The notes under the pieces are model-generated. The model was given only the letters and a program-made list of their open reading frames with translations. It ran no database searches and was not told the origin of the DNA. Made by a program: the position numbers and the translations under genes. This document shows positions 32,601 to 41,198 of a stretch of DNA of 64,000 nucleotides, in pieces. Source of the stretch: Candidatus Sumerlaeaceae bacterium. Its GTDB lineage: Bacteria; Sumerlaeota; Sumerlaeia; Sumerlaeales; Sumerlaeaceae. How positions within the stretch are numbered: the first letter of the stretch is position 1; every line of letters begins with the position of its first letter. The DNA is taken from the NCBI GenBank assembly GCA_049968255.1, contig JBMFRB010000009.1, positions 84,362-148,361 of the forward strand, read 5' to 3'.

Positions 32601-33447
32601 CGACCTTGTCCAATTGCGTGAAGGGCATCCACTGGCCTTCGCGTTGGACTCGTTTGGCGTACGATGCTGAATTCAGTTGATAGTAGATTTGCGCCAAGCC
32701 ACGGAAACCAAACTCGCGGGGGGCATCGAAAAGATCGAATGCAAAGGGCACTCGACCCCGGAGCTTACGTGGTCGCTGGCTCAACGTCACGTCGCATTCG
32801 GCCACCAGTGCCCCTCTTTTTCCATCCCAGCGAATTCGGTGAATCCGTGGCTCGTTGAGAGGCAAGCCAACCCCTAAGGCCCCATGGAAAGTGTTGATCC
32901 CCCCGAACGAGTAGCGAGACATTGCTTTGTGCGCTCCCGCAGGCGTAAATATCGCCACGCATTTCTCTTCTCCGGGCGAGACTTTCTCTACTCTGTGCAA
33001 GTCAACAAGCCACAGCGGGGCGCGGTCGCTCACCGGCACAATCATGGCGAAGGTAAGCGGAATATCCTCGGCTGACTCAGTGACAAGTTCCCCTTCAGCC
33101 CTGAGCGCTCCAGATTTCTCATGCCACGAGGCTCGAACGGTAAGCTGCGAGTCGAACTCTAGCTCTTGACGGATTACCCCGTTCTCGTTTTTGACCGAAA
33201 TACGTTTTGGCGCAATCTCGGCGCGCGACTCGCCATCCTGCGTGGGCTTTTTGCCGAGCCAACGTTTAACGGCGAAGCTGACAGGAGCTTCTGAAATGGC
33301 ACGTCCATTCTGCACGACAAGCACCTTGTTGCCATCATGCAGTTGCATGCTCAGTGCCGCGTAAGCAGCATCACCAGCAAATGCCAAGGTGGCAGCTAGG
33401 GCAGCCGTTCGTACCAACTCTTTGAAAAGATTCGTACGCACTTTCAT
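29689..33447 (-). CDS. Large secreted putative glycoside hydrolase with a C-terminal F5/8 (CBM32-like) domain
   Basis: Signal peptide, beta-sandwich N-domain, barrel-like core (GLYMDSFEGW, LMANT, LDILGIE), Ig-like domains, and C-terminal LNDG...W.S...PHWAQFEF...LWLREVE. Confidence 0.65.
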   Translation of the reverse strand: MKVRTNLFKELVRTAALAATLAFAGDAAYAALSMQLHDGNKVLVVQNGRAISEAPVSFAVKRWLGKKPTQDGESRAEIAPKRISVKNENGVIRQELEFDSQLTVRASWHEKSGALRAEGELVTESAEDIPLTFAMIVPVSDRAPLWLVDLHRVEKVSPGEEKCVAIFTPAGAHKAMSRYSFGGINTFHGALGVGLPLNEPRIHRIRWDGKRGALVAECDVTLSQRPRKLRGRVPFAFDLFDAPREFGFRGLAQIYYQLNSASYAKRVQREGQWMPFTQLDKVERVEDFGFAFHEYHPDVSVAWDHANGVKPLVYCEPPVQYISLEDSFPRQLSKLNDYLASLDTPQGSAVRSGAAFDAQGQLLLEWVNTPWAKGARIPTNCDPDLLRTDKNPVTAFDLNWNPYIELMRRRANDSPAEWVGGGVLTDGVVGARGRAVYLATGENITQKFKEVVASPAGETLRVTAKGRQNGRLKIDVLTENGTLTVGEEVLAGTFREYQFVLPQQKLKGLRLAAPSGEVWIAKVQSSSLPLANADFEQGTFDPEMPAGLYMDSFEGWDSYRLNFRHEHLVASDFPLTFDGESGAAAQVIMMHNFEFAAEVGRRLHERGALLMANTALYQWPWSVHFLDILGIETPWGHWARTENLDFIRTMLYHKPYCFLLNVAFADFRGEKVEEYFAHCFHYGFWPGFFSHDAANNPYWEQPTLYNEDRPLFLKYMRVQQRTTAAGWEPVTLASVDASSVLVERWGGGPWLSGLLAAPNFYLTLFNTAETTVPVKVRLDPRLTGDSPYVVLEALSGQMLASGKVTTVDCPVGAHRSVALQFVRRDQDALSTAIAEQLEEIEFLSRKQVRYGHLSADIAKQIATLSADPQRSAELRQLLAETLPTLPELYREEWLRAFSAWLSLAAAREELVSKQSFAANYPKAAVPGTVYTIELVGNSRHQELSFEWALGPAHGLQRTASKQFTITIPRDAQPGTFLTWRIANTDANSLAPYYVTTVPVLPPILVTGIPNKVVLGDKAILDIELINNLNKPIDVSLVASSGCNELRVGPVAPIKLDAEGHAKIEVKLEGKRPVSEDAKCLLNLAFRHQNGTFTQVEIPVTILAQKASILRRSDLQVLVDSCYLGYSEKPLNDGATSTTGIDWANAAWASDEGSVPHWAQFEFPEPAVLQEVRLYWAFDDGHYWSSKKVEIQVRPLGSAEWKTVGVAETQEETPESVVSFPPIEASALRIYQAAGDGPPRRKGILWLREVEAR

Positions 33448-34928
33448 TTCTCAGGGTAAGCAAATGGTGCTCCGTCAGGCAGCGTGTCTGCCGTGTTCCA
33501 CTTTGCGTCGGTGGTTGCGAACCACATTTTGATCTTTTTGCCCGAACTCAGGCCAATCCGCGATTTAGGGATCACATAAATGACGCTGTTGCCGCTTCCT
33601 TGTGGCCCAGGGGTAAGGGACCCTAACTGATCCCAGCCCCATCCGGTTCCCGCGTTCTTCTGATGTTTAAAAAACGTCGTTCCCTCGACCATAAAATCGG
33701 CACCCGAACGGGTTCCGTCACTATAACCGGTTGCGTCATCACCGTCGGCATTGATAAAAATGTGGATGCCGTCGAGCTTAGGGGTTGCTGCAAACTTGAG
33801 TTTGATTGTGAGTTTATCGGCCGATTCCGCTAGCTCGGCGCCAACGAGATCGAGAGTGGGATCGGACGCATCTCCTTGCGGATCGGTAAGGGACGTGACG
33901 TTCTCCCCGGTCAGGGACTGTGCTGTGCCCTTGTTGCCACCGGTTTCTGCAGCGGGCTTTCCCTTACTCGTCGGCGAACTTTGTTCCGCTACTTTCGAAG
34001 ATGCTGGCGCGGCTGGTTTCTCCGCACTTTCTCCTTGGCTAGCTGCTGGCGCAGCTGGTCGCGCATTCGAAGAGGCTTTGTTGGTCACAATGAGAGGCGA
34101 GCCCTCAGGGGCCCAGTCCGCTGGTTGCCAGTTCGATGTTTGGCTACCTACCCACAGTCGGACTTCCCCAGCCAGCGGCTTCAACAAGTTCGCTGGGACA
34201 GAAAACCGAAGTGAGGAACCCTTCACTTCGACAGTCACCGCGCTGACCTGGTCAAACTTCCACTCGACCGAGTTATTGCCAGAAAATTTGTAAAGGAATC
34301 CCCCCTGGATGACGTAATCGGCGCCTTTGAAAGTGGCTGTCGCATAGCCCGTGTCTTCATTATCGTCGGAATCTATGAAGATGTTGAACCTTGGCGATGT
34401 CTGAACGGATGGCGAATCTGATACATCAACTCTCACTCGGAGCTTATCGCTTAGCGACGCGCAGACTCGCAGCACATCGAGATCGCCGCTTGGCGCATCG
34501 TTGGGGTTGTCATCCATGCACGCCATTACTGCGTCACTGGTTGCCCCACCCATTCCGCTCGCCTGGCCTGCCCCCGCCTGAGCCACTTGTTTCCCATCGA
34601 GAAAAGTGAGCAGCTCAGCAGGCGTGTGGATTCTTTCTGCTCGCCGAAGCTCTTTTCCCTCCGCAAAGAGCACAAAAGTCGGGGTCCACGGGACATTGGC
34701 TTGAATGGCTCTCTGCATACCTTCTGAAGAGTCTGTGTTCACGCGCTCGAATCTGAGGCGAGCAAGGTGATCGCGCACACGGTGATCCGTAAGAGCGTCT
34801 TCACGCACCTCCCTACTGAGCACACTTTTTGGGGATTCGAAATAAATGAGACTTTGACTCGCGCCACGAATCCCCATAGGGATGAGCAGCGCACTTAGGC
34901 ACAGTGAACTATAACGATAAATCTTCAT
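33444..34928 (-). CDS. Secreted protein with a Cys-less thioredoxin-like domain and two DxDxxxxTGY repeat domains
   Basis: Signal peptide, Trx-like YFESPKSVLS...VPWTPTFVLF..GKE, then IFIDSDDNEDTGY..GADY and IFINADGDDATGY..GADF. Confidence 0.7.
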   Translation of the reverse strand: MKIYRYSSLCLSALLIPMGIRGASQSLIYFESPKSVLSREVREDALTDHRVRDHLARLRFERVNTDSSEGMQRAIQANVPWTPTFVLFAEGKELRRAERIHTPAELLTFLDGKQVAQAGAGQASGMGGATSDAVMACMDDNPNDAPSGDLDVLRVCASLSDKLRVRVDVSDSPSVQTSPRFNIFIDSDDNEDTGYATATFKGADYVIQGGFLYKFSGNNSVEWKFDQVSAVTVEVKGSSLRFSVPANLLKPLAGEVRLWVGSQTSNWQPADWAPEGSPLIVTNKASSNARPAAPAASQGESAEKPAAPASSKVAEQSSPTSKGKPAAETGGNKGTAQSLTGENVTSLTDPQGDASDPTLDLVGAELAESADKLTIKLKFAATPKLDGIHIFINADGDDATGYSDGTRSGADFMVEGTTFFKHQKNAGTGWGWDQLGSLTPGPQGSGNSVIYVIPKSRIGLSSGKKIKMWFATTDAKWNTADTLPDGAPFAYPEK

Positions 34929-36052
34929 GACGCAACCTCTCTAAAAAGAAATCCTTCCGTGATAGGCCCAATTTGCACTCCGTGGGAAGGACGGACAACC
35001 CAGGCTCGCAAATGATGTTCTTCGATAAAGTAACGCCGGATGCGCTCAGCGTGTTGCTGGGCCAAAAAGAAAAAGGAACCACCGCAACCGCTCCCATTGA
35101 TTTTGCCCCCCAAGGCACCCTGTTGGAGCCCAGCGGCAAGGTACTCATCGATGCGCGGGTGTGACACCTTGATAAGCTTGGAAAGATTGAAATGATGCTT
35201 GTTGAGCAATTGCCCTAGCAGCGTTTGGTCCACTGGTGAGCTTTTCAAAAGCTGGCGGGCTGCGTTCGTGAGGTGAGCATTTGCGATAGAGCCCTCTAAG
35301 AGTTCGAGTGCATCGTTACTGTAACGACGTGTCAAATGATCGAGCGGCGGATACCCCGATTGTTTCCATCCCGCGAAATCAAAGCCCAACGCTTCTAGCG
35401 CTTGCCGCCGCTGCCGTAGCAGTCCGTTCGTGTCCTTTGGAATTCCGCTGTCGACGAGCACGAACTCGCCAATGGTCGGCAGCAGACGTTCGAAGGCAAA
35501 CGGCGGTGTCGTATCGAGCCAGATTACGCCCCCCAATGCGCTCGCGAAATGATCCATCATCCCCCCAGGAGCTCGGAATTCAAGCACCTCAGATTCGTAA
35601 GCCAGTCGCGCAATAGCTGTTGGCTGTGCGGCACGGGGGTCCCCCGCAGAAGCAAGCAGGAACGCACACCAGGCGACTTGCAAAGCACTCGAACTCGATG
35701 CCCCACTATTGATGGGAATTGTGCTCCGCACGGTGACGTCGTAGCCACGTGGCCAACTCACGCCCTGGCGCAAGAGGATATTGATGGCGGCAGGCAGGTA
35801 GTCCCGTTCGTGCTCATAACGATTTTCTTCGCTCAACGAGAGAACCCGATGTTCGCCGATGTCGGGGAGATGAACAACGCAACACAGCTTGTCCAAAGGC
35901 AGTGCGCGGACTGTCACTCGAAGATCAACTGCCGCCGCAATGACGGGCAACCCTAAGTAATCCTGATGTTCGCCGAATAGGCAAATGCGGCCTGGCGCGG
36001 ATGTTTCGAGGGCCTTGCCAGCAAGAAGAACGTTTGGCTCAAGCCGTTGCAT
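34925..36052 (-). CDS. GHMP-family sugar kinase, galactokinase-like
   Basis: APGRICLFGEHQDY, IPINSGASSSSA, GGMMDH, GGKINGSGCGG. Confidence 0.88.
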   Translation of the reverse strand: MQRLEPNVLLAGKALETSAPGRICLFGEHQDYLGLPVIAAAVDLRVTVRALPLDKLCCVVHLPDIGEHRVLSLSEENRYEHERDYLPAAINILLRQGVSWPRGYDVTVRSTIPINSGASSSSALQVAWCAFLLASAGDPRAAQPTAIARLAYESEVLEFRAPGGMMDHFASALGGVIWLDTTPPFAFERLLPTIGEFVLVDSGIPKDTNGLLRQRRQALEALGFDFAGWKQSGYPPLDHLTRRYSNDALELLEGSIANAHLTNAARQLLKSSPVDQTLLGQLLNKHHFNLSKLIKVSHPRIDEYLAAGLQQGALGGKINGSGCGGSFFFLAQQHAERIRRYFIEEHHLRAWVVRPSHGVQIGPITEGFLFREVAS

Positions 36053-37151
36053 GGCTCCCCTCCTTGGCGAACTCTGTCAGTTCAACCACTCGATTCTCGC
36101 GGATTGAGCGCTCTGCGGCCAGCGCGACGACGAGCGAGCTTCGTCCCACGGCTCCGTTGGCAGCAGGTTCCTCGCGCGTCTCCAGGCAGCGCAAAAACTC
36201 GCGACGTTGACGCTGACAGCCGATGTGGCCCAGCCCCTCGCTATCAAGCACGGGATCAATGACCTCTTCTCGCCAGGGCTCACCGGCACCCCCACAGCCT
36301 AGCCGAGTGTCTCGATAAGCGCACATTTGGCTGCCGTCGGCAAACAGAGCCCCAATCTCGAGCCCCTCAGGCATGACGTTGTGGGGCTGAAGATACATGC
36401 ACAGCAAAAGCGCCGCTCGTGCCCCATTGGCATATTCGACAATCACCATCGCATGGTCCACGGTATCGATCTGTTCGATCACCCGTGGTGGATCCGGGCA
36501 GTAATCACACGTGACCAACGTGCCAGACTTCAGCACGTGCTGGCCTCCCCGCGCGACGACCCGCAGAGGGGGGCTCCCAATCATCCAATTAAAGATGTCA
36601 AAATGATGACAGTCCTTTTCGACGATGGTGCCCCCCGTGGCCTCTTGTGAGTAGAACCATGGCTTCTGAGGGAAAGGCTGGCGCAACTCTTTGCACCACA
36701 TGAACAGTGCCGGGGCTTTCTTCAGGTGTGCGAGCTCCGTCATTCGCCGATACAAGGTGGCATAGCGATACACCAATCCGATCTGGAGAATCCGCCCTGC
36801 CTGTTTCGCGGCCGCAAGAATCGCATCGCAGTCTTCGATCGAAGTTGCGACGGGTTTTTCCAAAAAAATGTCGCAACCTGCTTCCAAGGCCATTTCCGCC
36901 ACCGGCCGATGCAGCCGGTCGGGAACGGCGATCACGCAGGCATCGGGCTTCACGCTGCGTAGCATTGTTTGGGTATCTAAAAAATGCGGTGGACCGGACT
37001 CGTACCACTCCACGCCGTATCGGCGCAGTGCGTTTGGGTCCGGATCCACGGTGGCAACCACTTCACAATTCTCAAGCTTGGCGAAGCCACGAACGTGCGC
37101 GCTGCCCATGTCTCCGCATCCGATCACGGCTATGCGATGGCGTTTGCCCAT
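36039..37151 (-). CDS. Gfo/Idh/MocA-family NAD(P)-dependent oxidoreductase
   Basis: IAVIGCGDMG, PDRLH, FLEKP, GGTIVEKDCHHFD. Confidence 0.92.
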   Translation of the reverse strand: MGKRHRIAVIGCGDMGSAHVRGFAKLENCEVVATVDPDPNALRRYGVEWYESGPPHFLDTQTMLRSVKPDACVIAVPDRLHRPVAEMALEAGCDIFLEKPVATSIEDCDAILAAAKQAGRILQIGLVYRYATLYRRMTELAHLKKAPALFMWCKELRQPFPQKPWFYSQEATGGTIVEKDCHHFDIFNWMIGSPPLRVVARGGQHVLKSGTLVTCDYCPDPPRVIEQIDTVDHAMVIVEYANGARAALLLCMYLQPHNVMPEGLEIGALFADGSQMCAYRDTRLGCGGAGEPWREEVIDPVLDSEGLGHIGCQRQRREFLRCLETREEPAANGAVGRSSLVVALAAERSIRENRVVELTEFAKEGSHATA

Positions 37152-37177
37152 AACAACCTCTCGGTAGATGGCTTGGT

Positions 37178-37774
37178 TTAGTCGTTCGACCTGAAGAAAC
37201 GGATCCCGCCACCCGCACGCAGGACGTCGCCATTGGACACCGTGCCATTCGTCGGGTCATATTTGCCGTTGAGCGGCTCGGCGATATCATTGTCCGATGC
37301 GCACCCAACGAGATCGAAGTCCAGATCTGGCCCCATGCAGCGAACCGTCCACCCCGATTCGCCATTTAGCAGGAACGTGTTCGTCGAGTAGAGGAAATAG
37401 CGGGGATAGGGGCCGTACCAGTCGTCATAATTTTTCGCAGCGCAAGTCCCCGTTGCAGCAGGATATTTCTTTGGCTTTCCCGCCTGGAATACATCCTGAG
37501 GAACCGACGAGATGTAGGCCACGGGCGTGGTCACCAAATGGATCTGCTGCTCACCCAAAAGGCCGCGGACAAAGACCGTGAAAGGCGGATAATGGTTGTT
37601 GTCCACGTAATAGGACTCGAGAGCTGTCGCGATCGAACGCAGATCCGACTTCGCGCGCGAAACCTTTGATCGCGTCTGAGCCTCGAGGAAATTGGGAACC
37701 GCAATTGCGGCAAGGATCGCGATGATGGCCACCACGATCAGCAGTTCGATGAGCGTAAAGCCTGAGCGCTTCAT
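37178..37774 (-). CDS. Type IV pilin / GspG-like pseudopilin
   Basis: SD GGAGG, class III signal MKRSG|FTLIELLIVVAIIAILAAIAVPNF, ALESYYVDNNHYP, GPD, and C-terminal YDPTNGTVSNGDV. Confidence 0.92.
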   Translation of the reverse strand: MKRSGFTLIELLIVVAIIAILAAIAVPNFLEAQTRSKVSRAKSDLRSIATALESYYVDNNHYPPFTVFVRGLLGEQQIHLVTTPVAYISSVPQDVFQAGKPKKYPAATGTCAAKNYDDWYGPYPRYFLYSTNTFLLNGESGWTVRCMGPDLDFDLVGCASDNDIAEPLNGKYDPTNGTVSNGDVLRAGGGIRFFRSND

Positions 37775-38187
37775 GTGAATCCTCCGAAAAATTGGAATTA
37801 ATGCCACTTGTGCTACTTCATATTTTTCACACGCCAAAAAAATCGCAAAAATCTTCTTCATTCGTCAAGATGAAAAAACACCCTCGGAAGCAATAATCTG
37901 TGACATATTGAAAGAATAATAGTTACGCTATTGCTCGGGGTGGTGAATTGAGCTTTCGTGTGTGGGAAATCATCGGGAACATCCTCGCATTATGGAGCAG
38001 AGCAACGGGGAGCGTGATATGATCGGTCACGTGATAGAGATAAATAGAAATGAAATTATTGTGTTAATAAGAAATACACTCATGAGCATTCGCGAGCGCA
38101 GTGCTTGCACTCCTCGCAAACAAAAAGAACTGATTGAGCGGGCTTAGCTAGCCCATCTCTTTTGAGCCTTCTACGGGGATAGATTGA

Positions 38188-39486
38188 TCAGATGAGCTCG
38201 TGAACCTCGATGTGGCTAGCCTGAAAAATGTGATGCATCACGCATCCCACAGCACCGAGAGACGTGAGGTTCACGTCGAGGTGACTGACCGAGATTTGGG
38301 TGTGATGGAAGATGGGGGCAAGGGTATGGCGCTCAGCTTCTTTTAGACTTTGCTCGAAAAATAAATCGTAGGAGCGGCAGATGCGGCCGGCCAAGATGAC
38401 CGCTTCGGGATCGAAAAGATTCATGACGGTGGCCAAAGCGCGACCGAGAAAGTCGGCGAAAACCTGAAATATCTCACGCGCGGTTTGTTCACCGTCGCGC
38501 GCCTTGCGTGCCAACTCTTGCACGTTCTCCACTGCCAGCCCTCGTTGCCGAGCGAGTCGCATGAGTCCCGCTCCCGAAGCGGTGTTTTCGAGAGCCTCGG
38601 GATGGCCGAGAAAACCGGGAACGTCGTGCTGCCCAGCGGGGACGTAGCCAATTTCACCGGCAAAGCCGTGCGTTCCACTATAAACGCGGCCCTCGAGAAA
38701 CAGCCCCAAGCCCAAGCCTTGCCCAACGTTGAGGATCGCGAAAGAAGTATGTTGGTGGCCATCGCCGAACCAATACCAACCATAGGCCATCATGCGAGCG
38801 TCGTTATCCACGATCGTCGGTGCGCCGGTTTGGCCTTCCACCCATTCGCGCAGCTCGTCGGCCAGCTCGGGATCACCCGAAGGACGACCGTGTGAGGAAG
38901 CGACCAAGCCGGGGAGCGCCACACCTATTCCAGCGACGGGGGGAGAGCCCGAATCGGCACGCTGACCAACCAGGGCAAGGATGTGTTCTAACCACTGTCG
39001 ATAGCTAGCCGGTGTTGCGAGCGAGGGCGTTGGCTCTTCGAAACGTGCCAGGATTTCCCCGCCTAAGTTCGTCAAGATGGCAATTGTGGCTGTTCGTCCG
39101 ATATCAATGCCTAGGATTGAAGCCGCGCTCGCGTTCATTCTGAGCGGAATGGGCCAGCGCCCTCGCGGAATCACGCGAGGTTTCTCTTCATAAACGAGCT
39201 TTTCCGCCAGAAGATCCTCCACAAGCTCGGAGGTGTGAGGCACGTTGAAGCGGAGAATCTTCGCGATTTCGCTGCGCGATATTGGCCCTTTCTTGCGAAT
39301 GACGTTGAGCACGGCGTGTTTGCGCACTCGCCGTTGTTCGGCCGAGCGCTCCGCAGGAGTCTTTGTGCTAGGGCGGATCACAAGGTCGTTGCGGACATGG
39401 AGTTGCCAAAGCTTTTCGGGTTCAACCCTTGAGGCCACTTGTCGCGATCCCTTCAACAAAAACTTTTTGGCTGGCGTAAAAAACAA
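38188..39486 (-). CDS. ROK-family transcriptional regulator (NagC/XylR-like)
   Basis: N-terminal HTH (VLNVIRKKGPISRSEIAK), GIDIG, GIGVALPG, VDNDAR, GFAGEIG. True start probably somewhat downstream of 39486. Confidence 0.9.
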   Translation of the reverse strand: MFFTPAKKFLLKGSRQVASRVEPEKLWQLHVRNDLVIRPSTKTPAERSAEQRRVRKHAVLNVIRKKGPISRSEIAKILRFNVPHTSELVEDLLAEKLVYEEKPRVIPRGRWPIPLRMNASAASILGIDIGRTATIAILTNLGGEILARFEEPTPSLATPASYRQWLEHILALVGQRADSGSPPVAGIGVALPGLVASSHGRPSGDPELADELREWVEGQTGAPTIVDNDARMMAYGWYWFGDGHQHTSFAILNVGQGLGLGLFLEGRVYSGTHGFAGEIGYVPAGQHDVPGFLGHPEALENTASGAGLMRLARQRGLAVENVQELARKARDGEQTAREIFQVFADFLGRALATVMNLFDPEAVILAGRICRSYDLFFEQSLKEAERHTLAPIFHHTQISVSHLDVNLTSLGAVGCVMHHIFQASHIEVHELI

Positions 39487-40267
39487 GCAAGATCGGAATA
39501 ATCGATACCACGGCGCCCGCCATCATCATCGGCCAGTTGCTGCTGTACTGCGTTTGCAGAAAGCTCAGTCCAGCAGTGAGGGGCATCTTTTCGATCGTGT
39601 CAATGTAAATCAAGGGACTCAAGAGATCGTTCCAGCTCGTGATGAATGTGAAAACACCCAGCGTTGTCAAAGCTGGTTTGGCGAGAGGGAGATAAATTCG
39701 GAAGAGCACGCCTCCCGGCGTCAGGCCATCCACCAGTGCTGCCTCGTAAAGGTCGCGCGGAATGGCCAGAAAAAACTGCCTGAGAAAGAACACCGCGAAG
39801 CCTCCCCCGAAAAACGCCGGTACCCACAGGGGATAATGACTGTCTTTCCAACCGAGTTTCTGAAAAATAATGAAGACGGGAATGAGCGTGGTTTGCCACG
39901 GCACCATCAGGGTGATCAGTGCAGCCGCAAAAAGAAGCGTCCGACCGGGAAAACGTAAGCGTGCTAACGCAAAAGCTCCCATGGAACAAGAGAGAAGCAC
40001 CCCGACAACATTGAGTGTCGTAATTTTCACGCTATTGAAGAAAAAGCGCTCTATGGGCAGAGTTTTCCTAAGAAGCTGGTAGTTTTCGAAATGCCAATGC
40101 TCGGGAAAGAGCATGGGAGGATAGCGAAACGCTTCCTCCATCGTTTTGAATGATGTGGTGACCATCCACACGAAGGGAAAGATCATCACGACTGCGATAA
40201 AAAGCAGAAGGGCGTATATGCCGCCGGCCCAAAGCAACTTTTGCCAATTCTTGCGATTCTTTCTCAT
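39422..40267 (-). CDS. Carbohydrate ABC transporter permease (MalG-like)
   Basis: PFVWMVTTSFK, FLRQFFLAIPRDLYEAALVDG, WNDLL. ATGA overlap with the upstream permease. Confidence 0.95.
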   Translation of the reverse strand: MRKNRKNWQKLLWAGGIYALLLFIAVVMIFPFVWMVTTSFKTMEEAFRYPPMLFPEHWHFENYQLLRKTLPIERFFFNSVKITTLNVVGVLLSCSMGAFALARLRFPGRTLLFAAALITLMVPWQTTLIPVFIIFQKLGWKDSHYPLWVPAFFGGGFAVFFLRQFFLAIPRDLYEAALVDGLTPGGVLFRIYLPLAKPALTTLGVFTFITSWNDLLSPLIYIDTIEKMPLTAGLSFLQTQYSSNWPMMMAGAVVSIIPILLVFYASQKVFVEGIATSGLKG

Positions 40268-41196
40268 GTGTGAACCCACCGGCGTTGCAAAACAATCTGG
40301 ATGCCCGTGACAGCGCCAATCAGCACAAACAGCGCCATGCCGATTGTACATGCGTAGCCCATGTCGAGGTAGCGAAATGCGTGATTGTAGAGATAGTAGA
40401 CAATCGTCAGTGTGGAGTTGGCGGGGCGCCCATCGCGTGCCATGATGTAAACTTGATCAAAAACTTGGAAGGCGCCGATGAGCGACGTGACCAGCACGAA
40501 GAACATCACTGGCGAGATTCCGGGTAAAGTCACGTGAATGAACTGGCGAAAACGGTTCGCCCCGTCAATCGCTGCCGCTTCGTAGAGCTCGCGTGGCACA
40601 TTCTGCAGGGCGGCAAGGAAAATCACCATGTTGTAGCCGAGGCCCTTCCACACACTCATCGCGATGATGGCGGGCATCGCGGTCCGGGGATCATTGAGCC
40701 ACGCCACGGGCTTCAACCACGGAATTCCCAGCAGCCGCCCACCTTGCTCGAGGAGATAATTCAGGATCCCATAGTTGCTGTCGTAGAACCATGTCCACAC
40801 GAGGGCTACTGCGACAGTGGAAGTGACCACCGGCGTGAAATAGAGGGTGCGAAAGACCTGAATGGCCGGCAAGCGCACGTTGACCACCACGGCCAGAGCT
40901 AGAGAAAGCACAATGCCCGTCGGGACAGAGCCCGCCACGTAAAACAAGGTATTGCGCAAGGCTTTCCAAAAGAGCTCGTCTGTCCAAAGCCGCTGCCAAT
41001 TGGCCAGTCCAACGAACTTCGGTGGAGTGAGGTTGTCCCAGTGGAAAAAAGCCAACCCCAGTGCGGCTGAAATAGGACCTAAGGAGAAGAAAAGAAGTCC
41101 CAACGCAAAGGGAAGGCTCAGCAACCATCCCCATAGCCGCTCAATGCGTGCCAGCGGCGAGGAGGGGCGTTTTCGCAGAAGTTGCGCTTCGCCCAT
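40264..41196 (-). CDS. Carbohydrate ABC transporter permease (MalF-like)
   Basis: FVGLANW, WKGLGYNMVIFLAALQNVPRELYEAAAIDGA, FQVFDQVY. Confidence 0.95.
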   Translation of the reverse strand: MGEAQLLRKRPSSPLARIERLWGWLLSLPFALGLLFFSLGPISAALGLAFFHWDNLTPPKFVGLANWQRLWTDELFWKALRNTLFYVAGSVPTGIVLSLALAVVVNVRLPAIQVFRTLYFTPVVTSTVAVALVWTWFYDSNYGILNYLLEQGGRLLGIPWLKPVAWLNDPRTAMPAIIAMSVWKGLGYNMVIFLAALQNVPRELYEAAAIDGANRFRQFIHVTLPGISPVMFFVLVTSLIGAFQVFDQVYIMARDGRPANSTLTIVYYLYNHAFRYLDMGYACTIGMALFVLIGAVTGIQIVLQRRWVHT

Positions 41197-41198
41197 CT

